Shown here: piece by piece, positions 37,238 to 47,355 of the stretch
How positions within the stretch are numbered: the stretch's first letter is position 1
Layout of the letters: each line of letters opens with the position of its first letter
Source: Acetobacter sp. CAG:977
GTDB lineage: Bacteria; Pseudomonadota; Alphaproteobacteria; CAAGCB01; CAG-977
NCBI GenBank assembly: GCA_000434295.1
Contig: HF994934.1
Coordinates: 140,561 to 204,560 of the forward strand
Direction: 5' to 3'
DNA: 64,000 nt
Notes under the pieces: generated by a model
The model's database searches: none
Told to the model about the DNA's origin: nothing
The model's input: only the letters and a program-made list of their open reading frames with translations
Position numbers and translations under genes: made by a program

Positions 37238-39022
37238 TTGCGTCATTTGAAATTCAAAATTTTTGCAAGCTGTATTTTATCGGTATGTGCGGCTTCGTGT
37301 ACGCATCCGGTTCGTTTAACGTCGGTTCAAAGCGTTGAACAGGGCGTATTTAGTGCGGCGGATGCGGATTTGGCGACGGTTTCTCAAATAAAATCGGCGA
37401 CTCAGCCGGAACAAAAAGCGTTGCCGCCGTCGGAAATGATGCGGGTCGGGTTGTTGCTGCCTTTGAGCGGAAAGTCCGCAAAGCTGGGTGAAGCGTTAAG
37501 AAACGCGGCAATGATGTCGTTGTTTGACATTTCCAGCGGCAGACTTGTTTTGCAGTTCTACGATACCGAAGGCACGGCCGAAGGTGCAAGAAACGCTTCC
37601 GAACTGGCGATCAGCCAAGGGGTGGAACTGATTATCGGGCCGATTTTTTCCGAAGAAGTCCGAGCGATACGGGAAAATACGCATTCTGCCGACATCGGTG
37701 TTATTACGTTTTCGTCGCACCCGTCGAATTTAGGCGACGGCGTTTATACGATCAGCACGCTGACGTCGCAACAGGTTGAACACATTATCGGTTACGCCTG
37801 TGACAAAGGATATAAACGGTTTGCGATTTTGTCTCAGGACAATGCGATGGGAGACATCGTCGCGATGGCGGCAAAATCGGCGGCCGATCGTTGCGGAGCG
37901 ACGATTACGAAAGCGGGATTTTATTATTCCAAGACCGATAATCTTCAACCGACCGTTCAACAGGTTATGCCGCGCTTGGTTGAAGAAATGCAAAAAGAAA
38001 AAGACGAAGAAATCGAACGGTTGGAAAAGGCTCGCGCGGACGTTTTAGCCGGATTGCCCGTCAAAATGAAAAACGAAGAAACGGGCATGGAAGAAGAACG
38101 CATGATGACGATGGAGGAATTGACGGCGACGATAGAGACGCTGAAAAATACCGAAATTGTCAGAGATCCGTTTGAATTTGACGCGTTGCTGATTACCGAA
38201 GAAGGCAGCCGTTTGCGTTCTTTGGGGGCGTTGTTGTCTTATTACGACGTTCCGAAAGAGGTCAAAATTTTGGGAACGTCTCAATGGGCGAATTCTTCAC
38301 CGTCCCGAGAACCCGCTTTGGTCGGCGGATGGTTTTCAAATCTGCCTTTTGCGGGATTTGAACAGTTTTCGGCACGTTACAAGAAAATATACGGCGAAAA
38401 ACCGCCTCGCATAGCGTCTCAGGCATATGATGCCGTTGCTTTGGCGGCGGTTTTGGCGGAAACGGGGAGCTTTTCTTACGACAATCTGACCAATCCGTCG
38501 GGATTCAGAGGTGTTGACGGATTGTTCCGCCTGTTGCCGAACGGATTGTCGGAACGCGGGTTGGAAGTCTTGGGCGTTGAAAAACGAGGATACGTTACGT
38601 TGTCGCCTGCTCCCGAAGTCTTTGAAACCGAACCCGTAATCGTTCCGAACGTTTATGAAAAGGGATTCCGTTATTCGCCCGAATTCATACCGCCTCCGCC
38701 CGTAGAAGAATTGATAGAGGAAACCATCATCGTTGACGGGCAGACGGGACAAGGTTCAAATCTTCAGGGTCAGGGCAGTAATACTCATGGGAGCAATATT
38801 CAGGGCAGTAATATGCCGGTTGAAGGAAATGCTTTCCAATCCGCAGTCAGTGCTCAGGGCGCCAATGTTCAAGGTGTCGGGACTCAGGGAAGCGGGTCAA
38901 CGGCGGTTTCTCCGTTCGCGGGGCAGGCTTCGGGGGTTCCGACGGTTTCCGCGCCTGTCTCTGAAAGACCTCAACCGTTCGTAACGCCGCCTATTTCAGA
39001 AGGGTTGGGCACAGCGAATTAA
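37238..39022 (+). CDS. LppC/LpoA-family lipoprotein (type-I periplasmic-binding fold) with a Gln/Gly/Ser/Asn repeat tail
   Basis: Lipoprotein signal 'ILSVCAASC'; PBP-type 'GLLLPLSGKSAKLGEAL'. Divergent from rsmI-yraN, mirroring the E. coli yraL-yraM(lpoA)-yraN arrangement. Confidence 0.7.
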   Translation: MRHLKFKIFASCILSVCAASCTHPVRLTSVQSVEQGVFSAADADLATVSQIKSATQPEQKALPPSEMMRVGLLLPLSGKSAKLGEALRNAAMMSLFDISSGRLVLQFYDTEGTAEGARNASELAISQGVELIIGPIFSEEVRAIRENTHSADIGVITFSSHPSNLGDGVYTISTLTSQQVEHIIGYACDKGYKRFAILSQDNAMGDIVAMAAKSAADRCGATITKAGFYYSKTDNLQPTVQQVMPRLVEEMQKEKDEEIERLEKARADVLAGLPVKMKNEETGMEEERMMTMEELTATIETLKNTEIVRDPFEFDALLITEEGSRLRSLGALLSYYDVPKEVKILGTSQWANSSPSREPALVGGWFSNLPFAGFEQFSARYKKIYGEKPPRIASQAYDAVALAAVLAETGSFSYDNLTNPSGFRGVDGLFRLLPNGLSERGLEVLGVEKRGYVTLSPAPEVFETEPVIVPNVYEKGFRYSPEFIPPPPVEELIEETIIVDGQTGQGSNLQGQGSNTHGSNIQGSNMPVEGNAFQSAVSAQGANVQGVGTQGSGSTAVSPFAGQASGVPTVSAPVSERPQPFVTPPISEGLGTAN

Positions 39023-40109
39023 GAATTAAAAGGCCTTTTGCCGTTGCGCGAAGGCCTTTTTTATCGGCAATGATCAAGCCGTCCGTTTGATAATCAAGCA
39101 AGGTGTCTTCGTATAAAAAATTTTCCGGCTCAAAGCTTGTCATATCTTTGAATCGTTCGCGCAAAAGCCCTTCCCGAGTACGCAGAGCCATTAAAATCAA
39201 TTCTTGCGCCGTTTCTTTTAAAGTCAAAGAGTCTTCGGCAATTTTTCGGGAACAAAGCCACCGTTTCGGGTCATTTTCCCCGACGGTTGCCAAATAACGT
39301 CCGTTTTCAAAAAAACGACCGTGAGCGGCAGGTCCGATCCCCAGCCATTCTCCGCCTTGCCAATAAAGCAGGTTATGACGGCATTCGTGTCCTTTTCGAG
39401 CGTGATTGGAAACTTCGTAACGTTCGATGCCTGCCAGATACGTCATTTTGTCGGTCAGTTCGAACATATCTGCGCACAAATTTTCTTCGGGCGGTTCGAT
39501 GCCTTTTTTGTAAAAAAACGTCCCTTCTTCAATGGTCAGCTGGTACAAAGACAAATGGGAGAGGTTTAAATCCAAAATGCGCTGAAGCTGAGTTTCCCAG
39601 TCTTTAAACGTTTGGTGAGGCAACGCATAAATAAAGTCGGCGGAGACTTCCGGAAAAATATTTTTGGCGCTTTGCAAAGCGTTTAAGGCGGTTTCGGCAT
39701 TATGTAACCGCCCCAGAAACTTCAGATCGTTGTCGTTTAAAGACTGAATGCCCAAAGACAGACGATTGACGCCGGCTTTGCGAAAGTCTGACATTTTTTG
39801 ATGATTGAGTGTTCCCGGATTTGCTTCCAAAGAAATTTCGGCATTTTCGTCGGTGTCCCACAATCTGCGGACGGCGGAAATGATTTCCGAAACGATTTCG
39901 GCAGGCATTAAAGACGGCGTTCCGCCGCCGAAAAAGACGGAAGACACTTTCTTGTCCGCCGTTCTTAACGCATAGCTTTCAAGCACGGAAAGATAAGCGT
40001 CCCTCCATGCTTGAAAATCTATATTTTTGCCGATAATGCTGACAAAGTCGCAATACGGGCATTTTGAACGGCAAAACGGCCAATGGAAATAAATTCCGAA
40101 ACGGCTCAT
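38991..40109 (-). CDS. hemW: Radical-SAM heme chaperone HemW (oxygen-independent coproporphyrinogen-III oxidase-like)
   Basis: 'CRSKCPYCDF' CxxxCxxC motif; 372 aa; downstream of rdgB as in E. coli yggV-yggW. Confidence 0.85.
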   Translation of the reverse strand: MSRFGIYFHWPFCRSKCPYCDFVSIIGKNIDFQAWRDAYLSVLESYALRTADKKVSSVFFGGGTPSLMPAEIVSEIISAVRRLWDTDENAEISLEANPGTLNHQKMSDFRKAGVNRLSLGIQSLNDNDLKFLGRLHNAETALNALQSAKNIFPEVSADFIYALPHQTFKDWETQLQRILDLNLSHLSLYQLTIEEGTFFYKKGIEPPEENLCADMFELTDKMTYLAGIERYEVSNHARKGHECRHNLLYWQGGEWLGIGPAAHGRFFENGRYLATVGENDPKRWLCSRKIAEDSLTLKETAQELILMALRTREGLLRERFKDMTSFEPENFLYEDTLLDYQTDGLIIADKKGLRATAKGLLILNSLCPTLLK

Positions 40110-40111
40110 AT

Positions 40112-40708
40112 TTAACCTAAGCAGGCTTTTATGAACATTTTCAACGCGTTGGCGCGGTGGCTGACGGAATTTTTTATTTCCGAAGACAATTGGGCAAACG
40201 TTTCTTTGTATCCGTTCGGGACAAACATGGGGTCATAGCCGAATCCGTTGTCTCCTTGAGGCGGAAAACAAAGCGTTCCTTGGACTTGTCCTTCAAATTC
40301 TTCCGTATGTCCGTCGGGCCAAGCGATAACCAGGGCACAGGCGAAATGAGCGGAACGGTCTTGAGAATCGCCCAGTTCTTTATTTAAACATTCCATGGCG
40401 TAAGGAAAGCCGTTTTTTTTAGGCTCGTTATAGCGTGCGGAATAAATGCCGGGGCGGTTGTTCAACGCGTGGACGCACAATCCCGAATCGTCTGCCAAGG
40501 CGGGCATATTTGCTTCTTTGGCGGCGCAAAGGGCTTTGATTTTTGCGTTTTCGATAAAGGTTTTTCCGTTTTCTTCGGGTTCCGAAAGATTTAATTCGTC
40601 GGCGGAGCGAACTTTGATATTAAACGGCGCCAGAATCGTTTGCATTTCGGCGACTTTTCCTTTGTTATGCGTCGCCAGCACGATTTCTTTTTCTATTAAT
40701 TTTCGCAT
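40112..40708 (-). CDS. rdgB: dITP/XTP pyrophosphatase RdgB (Ham1 family)
   Basis: 'VLATHNKGK' N-terminus, 'FGYDP' motif. Confidence 0.9.
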   Translation of the reverse strand: MRKLIEKEIVLATHNKGKVAEMQTILAPFNIKVRSADELNLSEPEENGKTFIENAKIKALCAAKEANMPALADDSGLCVHALNNRPGIYSARYNEPKKNGFPYAMECLNKELGDSQDRSAHFACALVIAWPDGHTEEFEGQVQGTLCFPPQGDNGFGYDPMFVPNGYKETFAQLSSEIKNSVSHRANALKMFIKACLG

Positions 40709-40711
40709 GAC

Positions 40712-41428
40712 TTAAATTCCCAAAGCTTTTCTTTGCAAAGCGGCAAGTTCGTTTGTTCCTTTGCACGCCAACGCAAACAGCTGTTCGAACTGTTCTTTTG
40801 TAAAAGGTTCGCGTTCGGCGGTTCCCTGAATTTCGACGATGCCGCCTTTTCCCGTAATGACAAAGTTTGCATCCGTTTCGGCGGAAGAATCTTCGACATA
40901 ATCCAAATCCAAGACGGGCTGACCTTCGCGAATGCCGCAGGAGATGGCGGCGACCGTATCCGTAATCGGCAGGTTAAAGATCATTTTTTGTTCCTGCATT
41001 TTTTTCAAAGCCAGATAAAGGGCGACGAATCCTCCGGTAATGGAAGCCGTTCTGGTTCCGCCGTCGGCCTGAACGACGTCGCAGTCGATTTTAATGCAGT
41101 ATTCTCCAAGGGCTTTCATATTGACGCAAGACCTTAACGCGCGTCCGATTAAGCGTTGGATTTCCTGAGTTCTTCCCGATTGACCTTTTTTGGCTTCGCG
41201 ATCGACGCGGGAAGACGTTGCTCGGGGAATCATGCCGTATTCCGCGGTAACCCATCCTTTTCCCGTATTTCGCATCCATCCGGGGACTTTGTCTTCGACG
41301 GTGGCGGTGCAAATGACGTGCGTGTCGCCGCATTTTATCAGGCAAGAGCCTTCGGCATGTTTGTTGATATTCGTTTCGATGGATACTTTGCGCATTTCGT
41401 CAAAAGCGCGATTTGAAGGTCTGGACAT
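40712..41428 (-). CDS. rph: Ribonuclease PH
   Basis: '[11 protein letters not shown]', 238 aa, RNase PH family. Confidence 0.95.
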   Translation of the reverse strand: MSRPSNRAFDEMRKVSIETNINKHAEGSCLIKCGDTHVICTATVEDKVPGWMRNTGKGWVTAEYGMIPRATSSRVDREAKKGQSGRTQEIQRLIGRALRSCVNMKALGEYCIKIDCDVVQADGGTRTASITGGFVALYLALKKMQEQKMIFNLPITDTVAAISCGIREGQPVLDLDYVEDSSAETDANFVITGKGGIVEIQGTAEREPFTKEQFEQLFALACKGTNELAALQRKALGI

Positions 41429-41474
41429 TATTTTTGTTCCTTTCAGTTTTTAATCACTTTTTGAACGTTGACGT

Positions 41475-42554
41475 TTGATAATACGATTACTACATTTATG
41501 GACTATGAGTAAGCAAATATCGACATTATCCGAATTAAACGACCGATCCAGAACGATTTTTCGTTTGCTGGTTGATGCATATTTGGAACGGGGCGAACCG
41601 ATCGGGTCGAAAACATTGTCCGGATTGTTGGATTTTCCGTTATCGTCGGCGACGGTCAGAAACGTCATGTCGGAATTGGAATTGGCGGGTTTATTGGCGT
41701 CTCCGCATACATCGGCGGGGCGGATTCCGACGGAAAGAGGCTTAAAGCTGTTTGTTGACGGCTTGCTCGAGATAGGGTCTTTGGAAGAAAACGAGCGCCA
41801 CGCCATAGAAGCGCGATGCCGTACGTCGGGCATAGGGACGGAACAGGTTTTGGAACAGGCCTCGGCGATGTTGTCGGGGCTTTCGAAATGTGCGGGGGTT
41901 GTGATTGTTCCGAAGATTCAGGCGGCGTTAAAGCATATAGAGTATGTATATTTGGGCGGCAATCGGGCATTGGTTGTGATGGTGACGGCGAACGGCGAAG
42001 TTGAAAACCGTTTGATAGAGTTGCCTGCTGGGACATTGCCTTCGGCGTTGACGGAAGCAACGAATTTTATGAATACGCGTTTGTGCGGCAAGACGTTGGA
42101 ACAGGCTCGCCGCGAGATTGCCAAAGAAATCAGTTTGCATCAAACAGAGCTTGACGAAGCGGCATCCCGATTGGTTTCGCAAGGTCTTGCCGTTTGGACG
42201 GAAGGCCGCAAAGGGGCATTGATTGTCAAGGGTCAGGCGAATTTGCTGGAAAACATACAGGCTTTAGAAGATTTGGAAAAGGTACGGGCTTTGTTTAATG
42301 CGTTGGAAGCGCAAGAAAACATGGCGAAATTATTAGATTTAACGGAAACGGCGGAAGGTGTACAAATTTTTATAGGGTCTGAAAATTCTTTATTTACGAT
42401 GTCGGGATGTTCTATGATAACGGCGCCGTACCGCAACGGCAGAGAGCAGATTATCGGCGCGGTAGGCATTATCGGCCCGACGAGAATGAATTATGCAAAG
42501 ATAATTCCGCTGGTGGATTATACGTCTCATGTTGTGAGCAAGTTGATAGGATAG
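41475..42554 (+). CDS. hrcA: Heat-inducible transcription repressor HrcA
   Basis: 'LSERSRTIFRLLVDAYLERGEPIGSKTL' winged-helix N-terminus. Confidence 0.9.
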   Translation: MIIRLLHLWTMSKQISTLSELNDRSRTIFRLLVDAYLERGEPIGSKTLSGLLDFPLSSATVRNVMSELELAGLLASPHTSAGRIPTERGLKLFVDGLLEIGSLEENERHAIEARCRTSGIGTEQVLEQASAMLSGLSKCAGVVIVPKIQAALKHIEYVYLGGNRALVVMVTANGEVENRLIELPAGTLPSALTEATNFMNTRLCGKTLEQARREIAKEISLHQTELDEAASRLVSQGLAVWTEGRKGALIVKGQANLLENIQALEDLEKVRALFNALEAQENMAKLLDLTETAEGVQIFIGSENSLFTMSGCSMITAPYRNGREQIIGAVGIIGPTRMNYAKIIPLVDYTSHVVSKLIG

Positions 42555-42558
42555 GGCA

Positions 42559-43212
42559 ATGACGAAACATCATCATCAAAAAAACGAAGAAACTTCGGTT
42601 TCAGAAGAAACGGCAGAAATTCGGGAAGAAACGAAAGAAGCCGAAAGTGTCGAGCAAACGGTTGAAGAAATCGACGAAGTTGCCGCAAAGACAGCGGAAT
42701 TAAGAGAAGAAGTCGAAAAACTTCGCGATATGTACATGCGTTCGCAGGCCGAGATGGAAAATTTAAGGAAACGCACGCAGATAGAGTTGGAAAAGCGTTC
42801 GAAATACGCGATATCTTCGTTTGCGCGAGATTTATTGACGGTTTCGGACAATTTGTCTAGAGCTCTGGCGGCAATTCCCGAAGAAGAAAAAGAAGGAACG
42901 TCCGAACTGATAAAGAATCTGGTTATCGGATTGGAAATGACGCAAAAAGAATTAAATACGGCATTTGAAAAGAACGATATCAAACCGGTTGAAGGTGTCG
43001 GACATATTTTTAATCCGAATATTCATAAAGTCGTTCAGGAAGTAGAAGATCCGACGAAACCTGCGGGAACGATCATTCAGGAATGGCAAAAGGGCTACAC
43101 CATCGGCGGTGACCGCACGTTGCGCGAAGCCGTTGTCGTTGTTACGAAAGGCGGTCCGAAACCGGGAGAACAGCCCGACGAACCGGGAAAACGAATAGAT
43201 ACGTCGGTATAA
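42559..43212 (+). CDS. grpE: Nucleotide exchange factor GrpE
   Basis: Acidic N-terminus, coiled coil, GrpE C-terminal 'GYTIGGDRTLREAVVVV'. Confidence 0.9.
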   Translation: MTKHHHQKNEETSVSEETAEIREETKEAESVEQTVEEIDEVAAKTAELREEVEKLRDMYMRSQAEMENLRKRTQIELEKRSKYAISSFARDLLTVSDNLSRALAAIPEEEKEGTSELIKNLVIGLEMTQKELNTAFEKNDIKPVEGVGHIFNPNIHKVVQEVEDPTKPAGTIIQEWQKGYTIGGDRTLREAVVVVTKGGPKPGEQPDEPGKRIDTSV

Positions 43213-43227
43213 AGAGCTAAAAAACAA

Positions 43228-43257
43228 AAGCGGAAGGGAAAAACTTCCGCTTTTTTG
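43228..43257 (+). terminator. Rho-independent terminator after grpE
   Basis: AAAGCGGAAG-ggaaaaa-CTTCCGCTTTT plus T-run. Confidence 0.75.
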
Positions 43258-43396
43258 TTATGGATGTTTCCGTTGTAATTTTTTTTGTTTTTTCCGTTTG
43301 TTTTCAGTAATCAAAGTTATGTTTGCTGAGAAAAAAAGCATTTTTTTATGAAAGAATTTTTTAATTTTCACGTTATATAAAACAGGCACATTTTCG

Positions 43397-43906
43397 GTGA
43401 CGGGGAATACAAATACAAAAATTCGAGCGGAAAAATACTTTTTTAGCGCCTACATCGTTTTTTGCGTGTTGTGGACGTTGTTGATCGATGTCGTTCCCAA
43501 TGCGGACGACTTTGCCAATCCGGATACATTTGTTTTTTTGTATCCGATCGGGGATCTATTCCTTTTTATGCTGTTTTACGGAATCGTCTTTTTTCTGTTT
43601 ACGGCAAAGCGCGACTTAAACCATAAAATTCTGTTTTACGGATTTTCTCTGCCCGGAATAATCCTGTTGACGGGAATTATTTTCAGCGGGGCTTTGAACG
43701 AAATGGGATTTTTTATTTTCGTTCCGAACGACGTTACGAAAATAGACTTTGTCCGGCTGTTTTCTTGGTTGATTACGTACGTTCAACCTGTTTTGGCTGT
43801 AACGCTGTTCTTTACGAAAACGCGGATATCAAAAGATATTCGGATAAAGTTTTTTGTTCCCGTTTTCGGAGTTATCGCGATAAAAGCCTTTTATGTCGTT
43901 ATTTGA
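43397..43906 (+). CDS. Small hydrophobic membrane protein (about 5 TM), hypothetical
   Basis: 169-aa ORF, AT-rich upstream region, no conserved motif recognised. Confidence 0.4.
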   Translation: MTGNTNTKIRAEKYFFSAYIVFCVLWTLLIDVVPNADDFANPDTFVFLYPIGDLFLFMLFYGIVFFLFTAKRDLNHKILFYGFSLPGIILLTGIIFSGALNEMGFFIFVPNDVTKIDFVRLFSWLITYVQPVLAVTLFFTKTRISKDIRIKFFVPVFGVIAIKAFYVVI

Positions 43907-43918
43907 ACGGGGACTTTA

Positions 43919-44731
43919 TTAAGCGGTTGCCAATTCTTTGGAACGTTTTTCGGCGGCTTTGACGGCTTTTGTCATTAACGGTGCAAAGCCGCTGTTTTCG
44001 TCTGTCAAAACAGCTAAAGCCGCGGCGGTCGTTCCGTTCGGCGTCGTTACGTTTTTACGCAACGTTTCGGGCGTTTCGGGGCTTTGGCGCATCAATTCCG
44101 CCGCGCCGACAACCGTCGCCCGCGCCAAACGTTCGGCATCCGCCCGATTTAACCCCGTTGCTTCGGCGGCCTGTGCCAGCGCTTCGGTCAGGTAAAAAAC
44201 ATAAGCCGGACCGCTGCCCGAAACGGCGGTTACGGCATCCATTAAATCTTCGTTTTTTAGCTCTAACATATCTCCGCAGGCGTTTAACAGGCTCTTGACG
44301 TAATTTTTTTGTTCGTCCGAGACGGCTTTGTTTGCAAAAATTCCGGTAATGCCCCGTCCGACGGCGGCAGGCGTATTCGGCATGGCTCGAACTATGGCGG
44401 CGGTTTTGCCCAATTTTTCTTCAAACCACGCAACGGGGCGTCCCGCGACGATGGATAACAGGACGGCGCCTTTGTCCGTAAAGGCTTTCACGTCATTGAT
44501 AATGTTTTCGATTAAAAAAGGTTTGACGGCGACAAAAACGGCATCGGGGCAAAAATCCGAGAAAGGTTCGGGCGTTTCGGCGGCAATGACGTTCATGTTT
44601 TTCAATGAAGCGCGAATTTCGGCGTTCGGTTCGACGACGCGGATACCGTCGGGGCTTTGCCCGTTTTTCAAAGCACCGTTTAAGAAAGCTCCGCCCATTT
44701 TCCCGCAACCGAATATTAACAAGCCGGACAT
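43919..44731 (-). CDS. proC: Pyrroline-5-carboxylate reductase
   Basis: 'LIFGCGKMGGA' Rossmann; P5CR C-terminal dimerisation region. Confidence 0.85.
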   Translation of the reverse strand: MSGLLIFGCGKMGGAFLNGALKNGQSPDGIRVVEPNAEIRASLKNMNVIAAETPEPFSDFCPDAVFVAVKPFLIENIINDVKAFTDKGAVLLSIVAGRPVAWFEEKLGKTAAIVRAMPNTPAAVGRGITGIFANKAVSDEQKNYVKSLLNACGDMLELKNEDLMDAVTAVSGSGPAYVFYLTEALAQAAEATGLNRADAERLARATVVGAAELMRQSPETPETLRKNVTTPNGTTAAALAVLTDENSGFAPLMTKAVKAAEKRSKELATA

Positions 44732-44872
44732 GATTTTTTTCCTTTTTTAAAAAAGCCTCTTTTTCAGACAAAGATAAAGCGGGCGGCTTTTTTTTTAAAG
44801 AAAAAGATTTTGGGTCTTAAGCGGAATTGTCGTATAAAGAAGTTCAGTATTAAACAACAAGGGGACTTGGCT

Positions 44873-45859
44873 ATGTTTGTTATTACGGGCGGCGCGGGAT
44901 TTATCGGTTCGAACGTTGCGGCGCAGATCGAAGCCCGGGAAATGGGCGAAGTTGCCGTTATTGACAGGCTTCGTAACGGGGACAAGTGGCGCAACATATC
45001 GAAACGTTTTTTGCGTAACATCGTATTTCCGGAAGACACGTTTGATTTTTTGAACGAGCGTGCGGCCAAGATCGAAGCCGTTTTGCATTTCGGAGCGATT
45101 TCTTCTCCGATGGAAAACGATGTTGACACGATAGTCAAAAACAACATCCAGCTGACCTGGTCGCTGTGGAAATGGTGTACCGAACATGAAGTTCCGTTTA
45201 TATATGCGTCTTCAGCGGCGGTTTACGGGGACGGTTCTTTGGGTTTTGCGGACGACCTTTCGACGGAAGCGTTGGCAAAGCTTCGCCCGTTAAGCCCCTT
45301 TGCGTGGAGCAAGCTGTTTATGGATCGCAAGGTTGCCGAAGCCGTGGAAGACGACAAAATGACGCCTCCGCAATGGGTGGGTTTAAGATTTTTCAATTTG
45401 TACGGACCGAACGAGTATCACAAGGGACACCATCAAAGCGTTATTCCCCAAATTTATACGCAAGCCAAGAACGGCAAGCTGTTTCCTTTGTTTAAGTCCG
45501 AGAATCCCGAATACAAAGACGGCGATCAGATGCGGGATTTCATGTGGATTGACGATTGCGTTGACATTGTTTTGTGGTTTTTGACGCATCGTGAAACGAG
45601 CGGTCTGTTTAATGCAGGGACGGGATTGGCCAGAACGTACGCCGATGTTTTGCGGGCGGTTTATGCGGCTTTGGAAGAAGATCCCGAAATGGACTTTATC
45701 GATTTGCCGGACGCTTTAAAGAACAAATATCAATACTTTACGCAAGCCGATATTTCCAAGCTGCGTGCGGCCGGATACGACAAACCGTTCACAACGTTGG
45801 AAGACGGTGTCGCGAAATATGTAAAAGACTTTTTGTCTTCGGCGGATCCTTATCGCTGA
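44873..45859 (+). CDS. hldD: ADP-L-glycero-D-manno-heptose-6-epimerase
   Basis: 'MFVITGGAGFIGSN' and 'FFNLYGPNEYHKG' HldD signatures. The ATG at 44873 has a GGGGA RBS; the longer 44810 ORF is unlikely. Confidence 0.85.
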   Translation: MFVITGGAGFIGSNVAAQIEAREMGEVAVIDRLRNGDKWRNISKRFLRNIVFPEDTFDFLNERAAKIEAVLHFGAISSPMENDVDTIVKNNIQLTWSLWKWCTEHEVPFIYASSAAVYGDGSLGFADDLSTEALAKLRPLSPFAWSKLFMDRKVAEAVEDDKMTPPQWVGLRFFNLYGPNEYHKGHHQSVIPQIYTQAKNGKLFPLFKSENPEYKDGDQMRDFMWIDDCVDIVLWFLTHRETSGLFNAGTGLARTYADVLRAVYAALEEDPEMDFIDLPDALKNKYQYFTQADISKLRAAGYDKPFTTLEDGVAKYVKDFLSSADPYR

Positions 45860-45874
45860 TACGGAGAGGAAAGA

Positions 45875-46678
45875 ATGGTTTACAAAGGTATCCCTTTCCC
45901 CGATATAGATCCCGTTGCCGTCCACATAGGCTCTTTCGGGCTTCGTTGGTATTCGTTGGCGTATTTGGTCGGGATTTTTACGGCGTGGTGGCTGGCAAAG
46001 CGGATGTTAAGCCGTTATCCGTCGGATTTTAAGCCCGAAATGGTTGACGATGTTATGTTTTGGGGAACGGTCGGATTGATTCTCGGCGCGAGAATCGGCT
46101 ACGTTCTTTTTTATAATCTGGACCATTATTTGGAAAACCCGCTGCAGATATTTGCGTTGTGGCAGGGGGGGATGTCTTTCCACGGAGCCCTGATCGGCGT
46201 TATAACGGCGTTGTACATATACGCCCGCAAAGAAAAAGTAAGCTTTTTTGCGATTACGGATGTTTTGGCGTGTTTGGCGCCGATAGGACTGTTTTTGGGG
46301 CGTTTGGCAAACTTTGTGAACGGAGAGCTGTTCGGGCGCGTTACGATGTCGGTGCCTTGGGCGGTTATTTTTCCGAACGGGGGGCCTTTGCCGCGCCATC
46401 CCAGCCAGCTTTACGAAGCGTGCTTTGAAGGCGTGGTTTTGTTTTTGGTATTGTTTTCTTTGTGGCACAGAAGCGTTTGGGTTCGGATTCGTCCGGGATT
46501 TTTGTCCGGGGCGTTTTTGGTCGGATATGCTCTGGCACGCGGAGTTGTCGAGAATTTTCGCGAACCCGATCCGCAGTTGGGGTTTTTGTTCGCGCGCGTC
46601 ACGATGGGTCAATTGTTGACGTTGCCGATGCTTGTTTGCGGGCTGTGGATTATGCTGAGGGCGGCAAAAAAGTCTTAG
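45875..46678 (+). CDS. lgt: Prolipoprotein diacylglyceryl transferase
   Basis: Lgt signature 'GRLANFVNGELFGR'; 267 aa. Confidence 0.9.
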   Translation: MVYKGIPFPDIDPVAVHIGSFGLRWYSLAYLVGIFTAWWLAKRMLSRYPSDFKPEMVDDVMFWGTVGLILGARIGYVLFYNLDHYLENPLQIFALWQGGMSFHGALIGVITALYIYARKEKVSFFAITDVLACLAPIGLFLGRLANFVNGELFGRVTMSVPWAVIFPNGGPLPRHPSQLYEACFEGVVLFLVLFSLWHRSVWVRIRPGFLSGAFLVGYALARGVVENFREPDPQLGFLFARVTMGQLLTLPMLVCGLWIMLRAAKKS

Positions 46679-46743
46679 GAAACGGGGTCTTTTTTGGTAT
46701 GCTGAATCGTTTTTTGAAACGCCTGATGCAGGAGACCTAAGAA

Positions 46744-47355
46744 ATGGCATTAAATCCCCGTAGGAAAGGATTGTTTTCAGGGCTTGCGGCATTGGTTCGC
46801 CTGAAGCTTATTGTTCCTTTGTTAAGATCGAAAAAGCCTCCGGAATTTACGGCGAAAGGGGCATTGGTCGGCATGGCATGGGCGATGACTCCGCTGGTCG
46901 GGATTCAGATGTATCTTGTTTTTATGACGTGGCTCGGGACTCGGCGGTTTTTCAAGTGGGATTTCAGTTTGCCCGTAGCGATAGCCTTTACGTGGGTAAC
47001 AAACGTTTTAACGGTACCGCCGTTTTATTATGCATTTTATGTAACGGGCAAAGCGATGACGGGGACTTTTGCGGAGCGTACGACGTATGCCAAGTTCACG
47101 GGATTGCTTCAGGAAGCCCTGCACGAAGGCGGAATTGCCGAAGCGATTAAAGCTTCGTTAGAGATCATGATTAAGGATTGGGGCGTTTCGATGATGATCG
47201 GATCGATTCCCTGGATTATTGTCGGCGGGGCGTTGGCGTATTATTTTGTTTTGCAGTTTGCCAGAAAAAGAGAACAGATTCGTCAAAAAAGACTTGAAAA
47301 GAAAGCCCAAGCGGAGCAAAAAGCAATAAAGGCCACAGGACAGGAAACAGTTTGA
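46744..47355 (+). CDS. DUF2062-type membrane protein
   Basis: Architecture and size typical of DUF2062; Lys-rich C-terminal tail. Confidence 0.6.
   Translation: MALNPRRKGLFSGLAALVRLKLIVPLLRSKKPPEFTAKGALVGMAWAMTPLVGIQMYLVFMTWLGTRRFFKWDFSLPVAIAFTWVTNVLTVPPFYYAFYVTGKAMTGTFAERTTYAKFTGLLQEALHEGGIAEAIKASLEIMIKDWGVSMMIGSIPWIIVGGALAYYFVLQFARKREQIRQKRLEKKAQAEQKAIKATGQETV

Noticed and set aside
39029-39065. Terminator hairpin after the LpoA-like gene lies inside the hemW 3' coding region
   Set aside because: Considered as evidence that hemW is a pseudogene. The hemW ORF is intact with the radical-SAM motif, so this is treated as a normal convergent overlap.
41429-41474. Searched upstream of hrcA for a CIRCE element or sigma-32 promoter
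   Set aside because: No TTAGCACTC-N9-GAGTGCTAA match; only a weak sigma-70-like TTGACG-N17-TACATT. Too weak to annotate.
44741-44800. Possible hairpin or terminator in the proC-hldD divergent region
   Set aside because: Stem is poor and both genes start here; it is more likely a shared divergent promoter region than a terminator.
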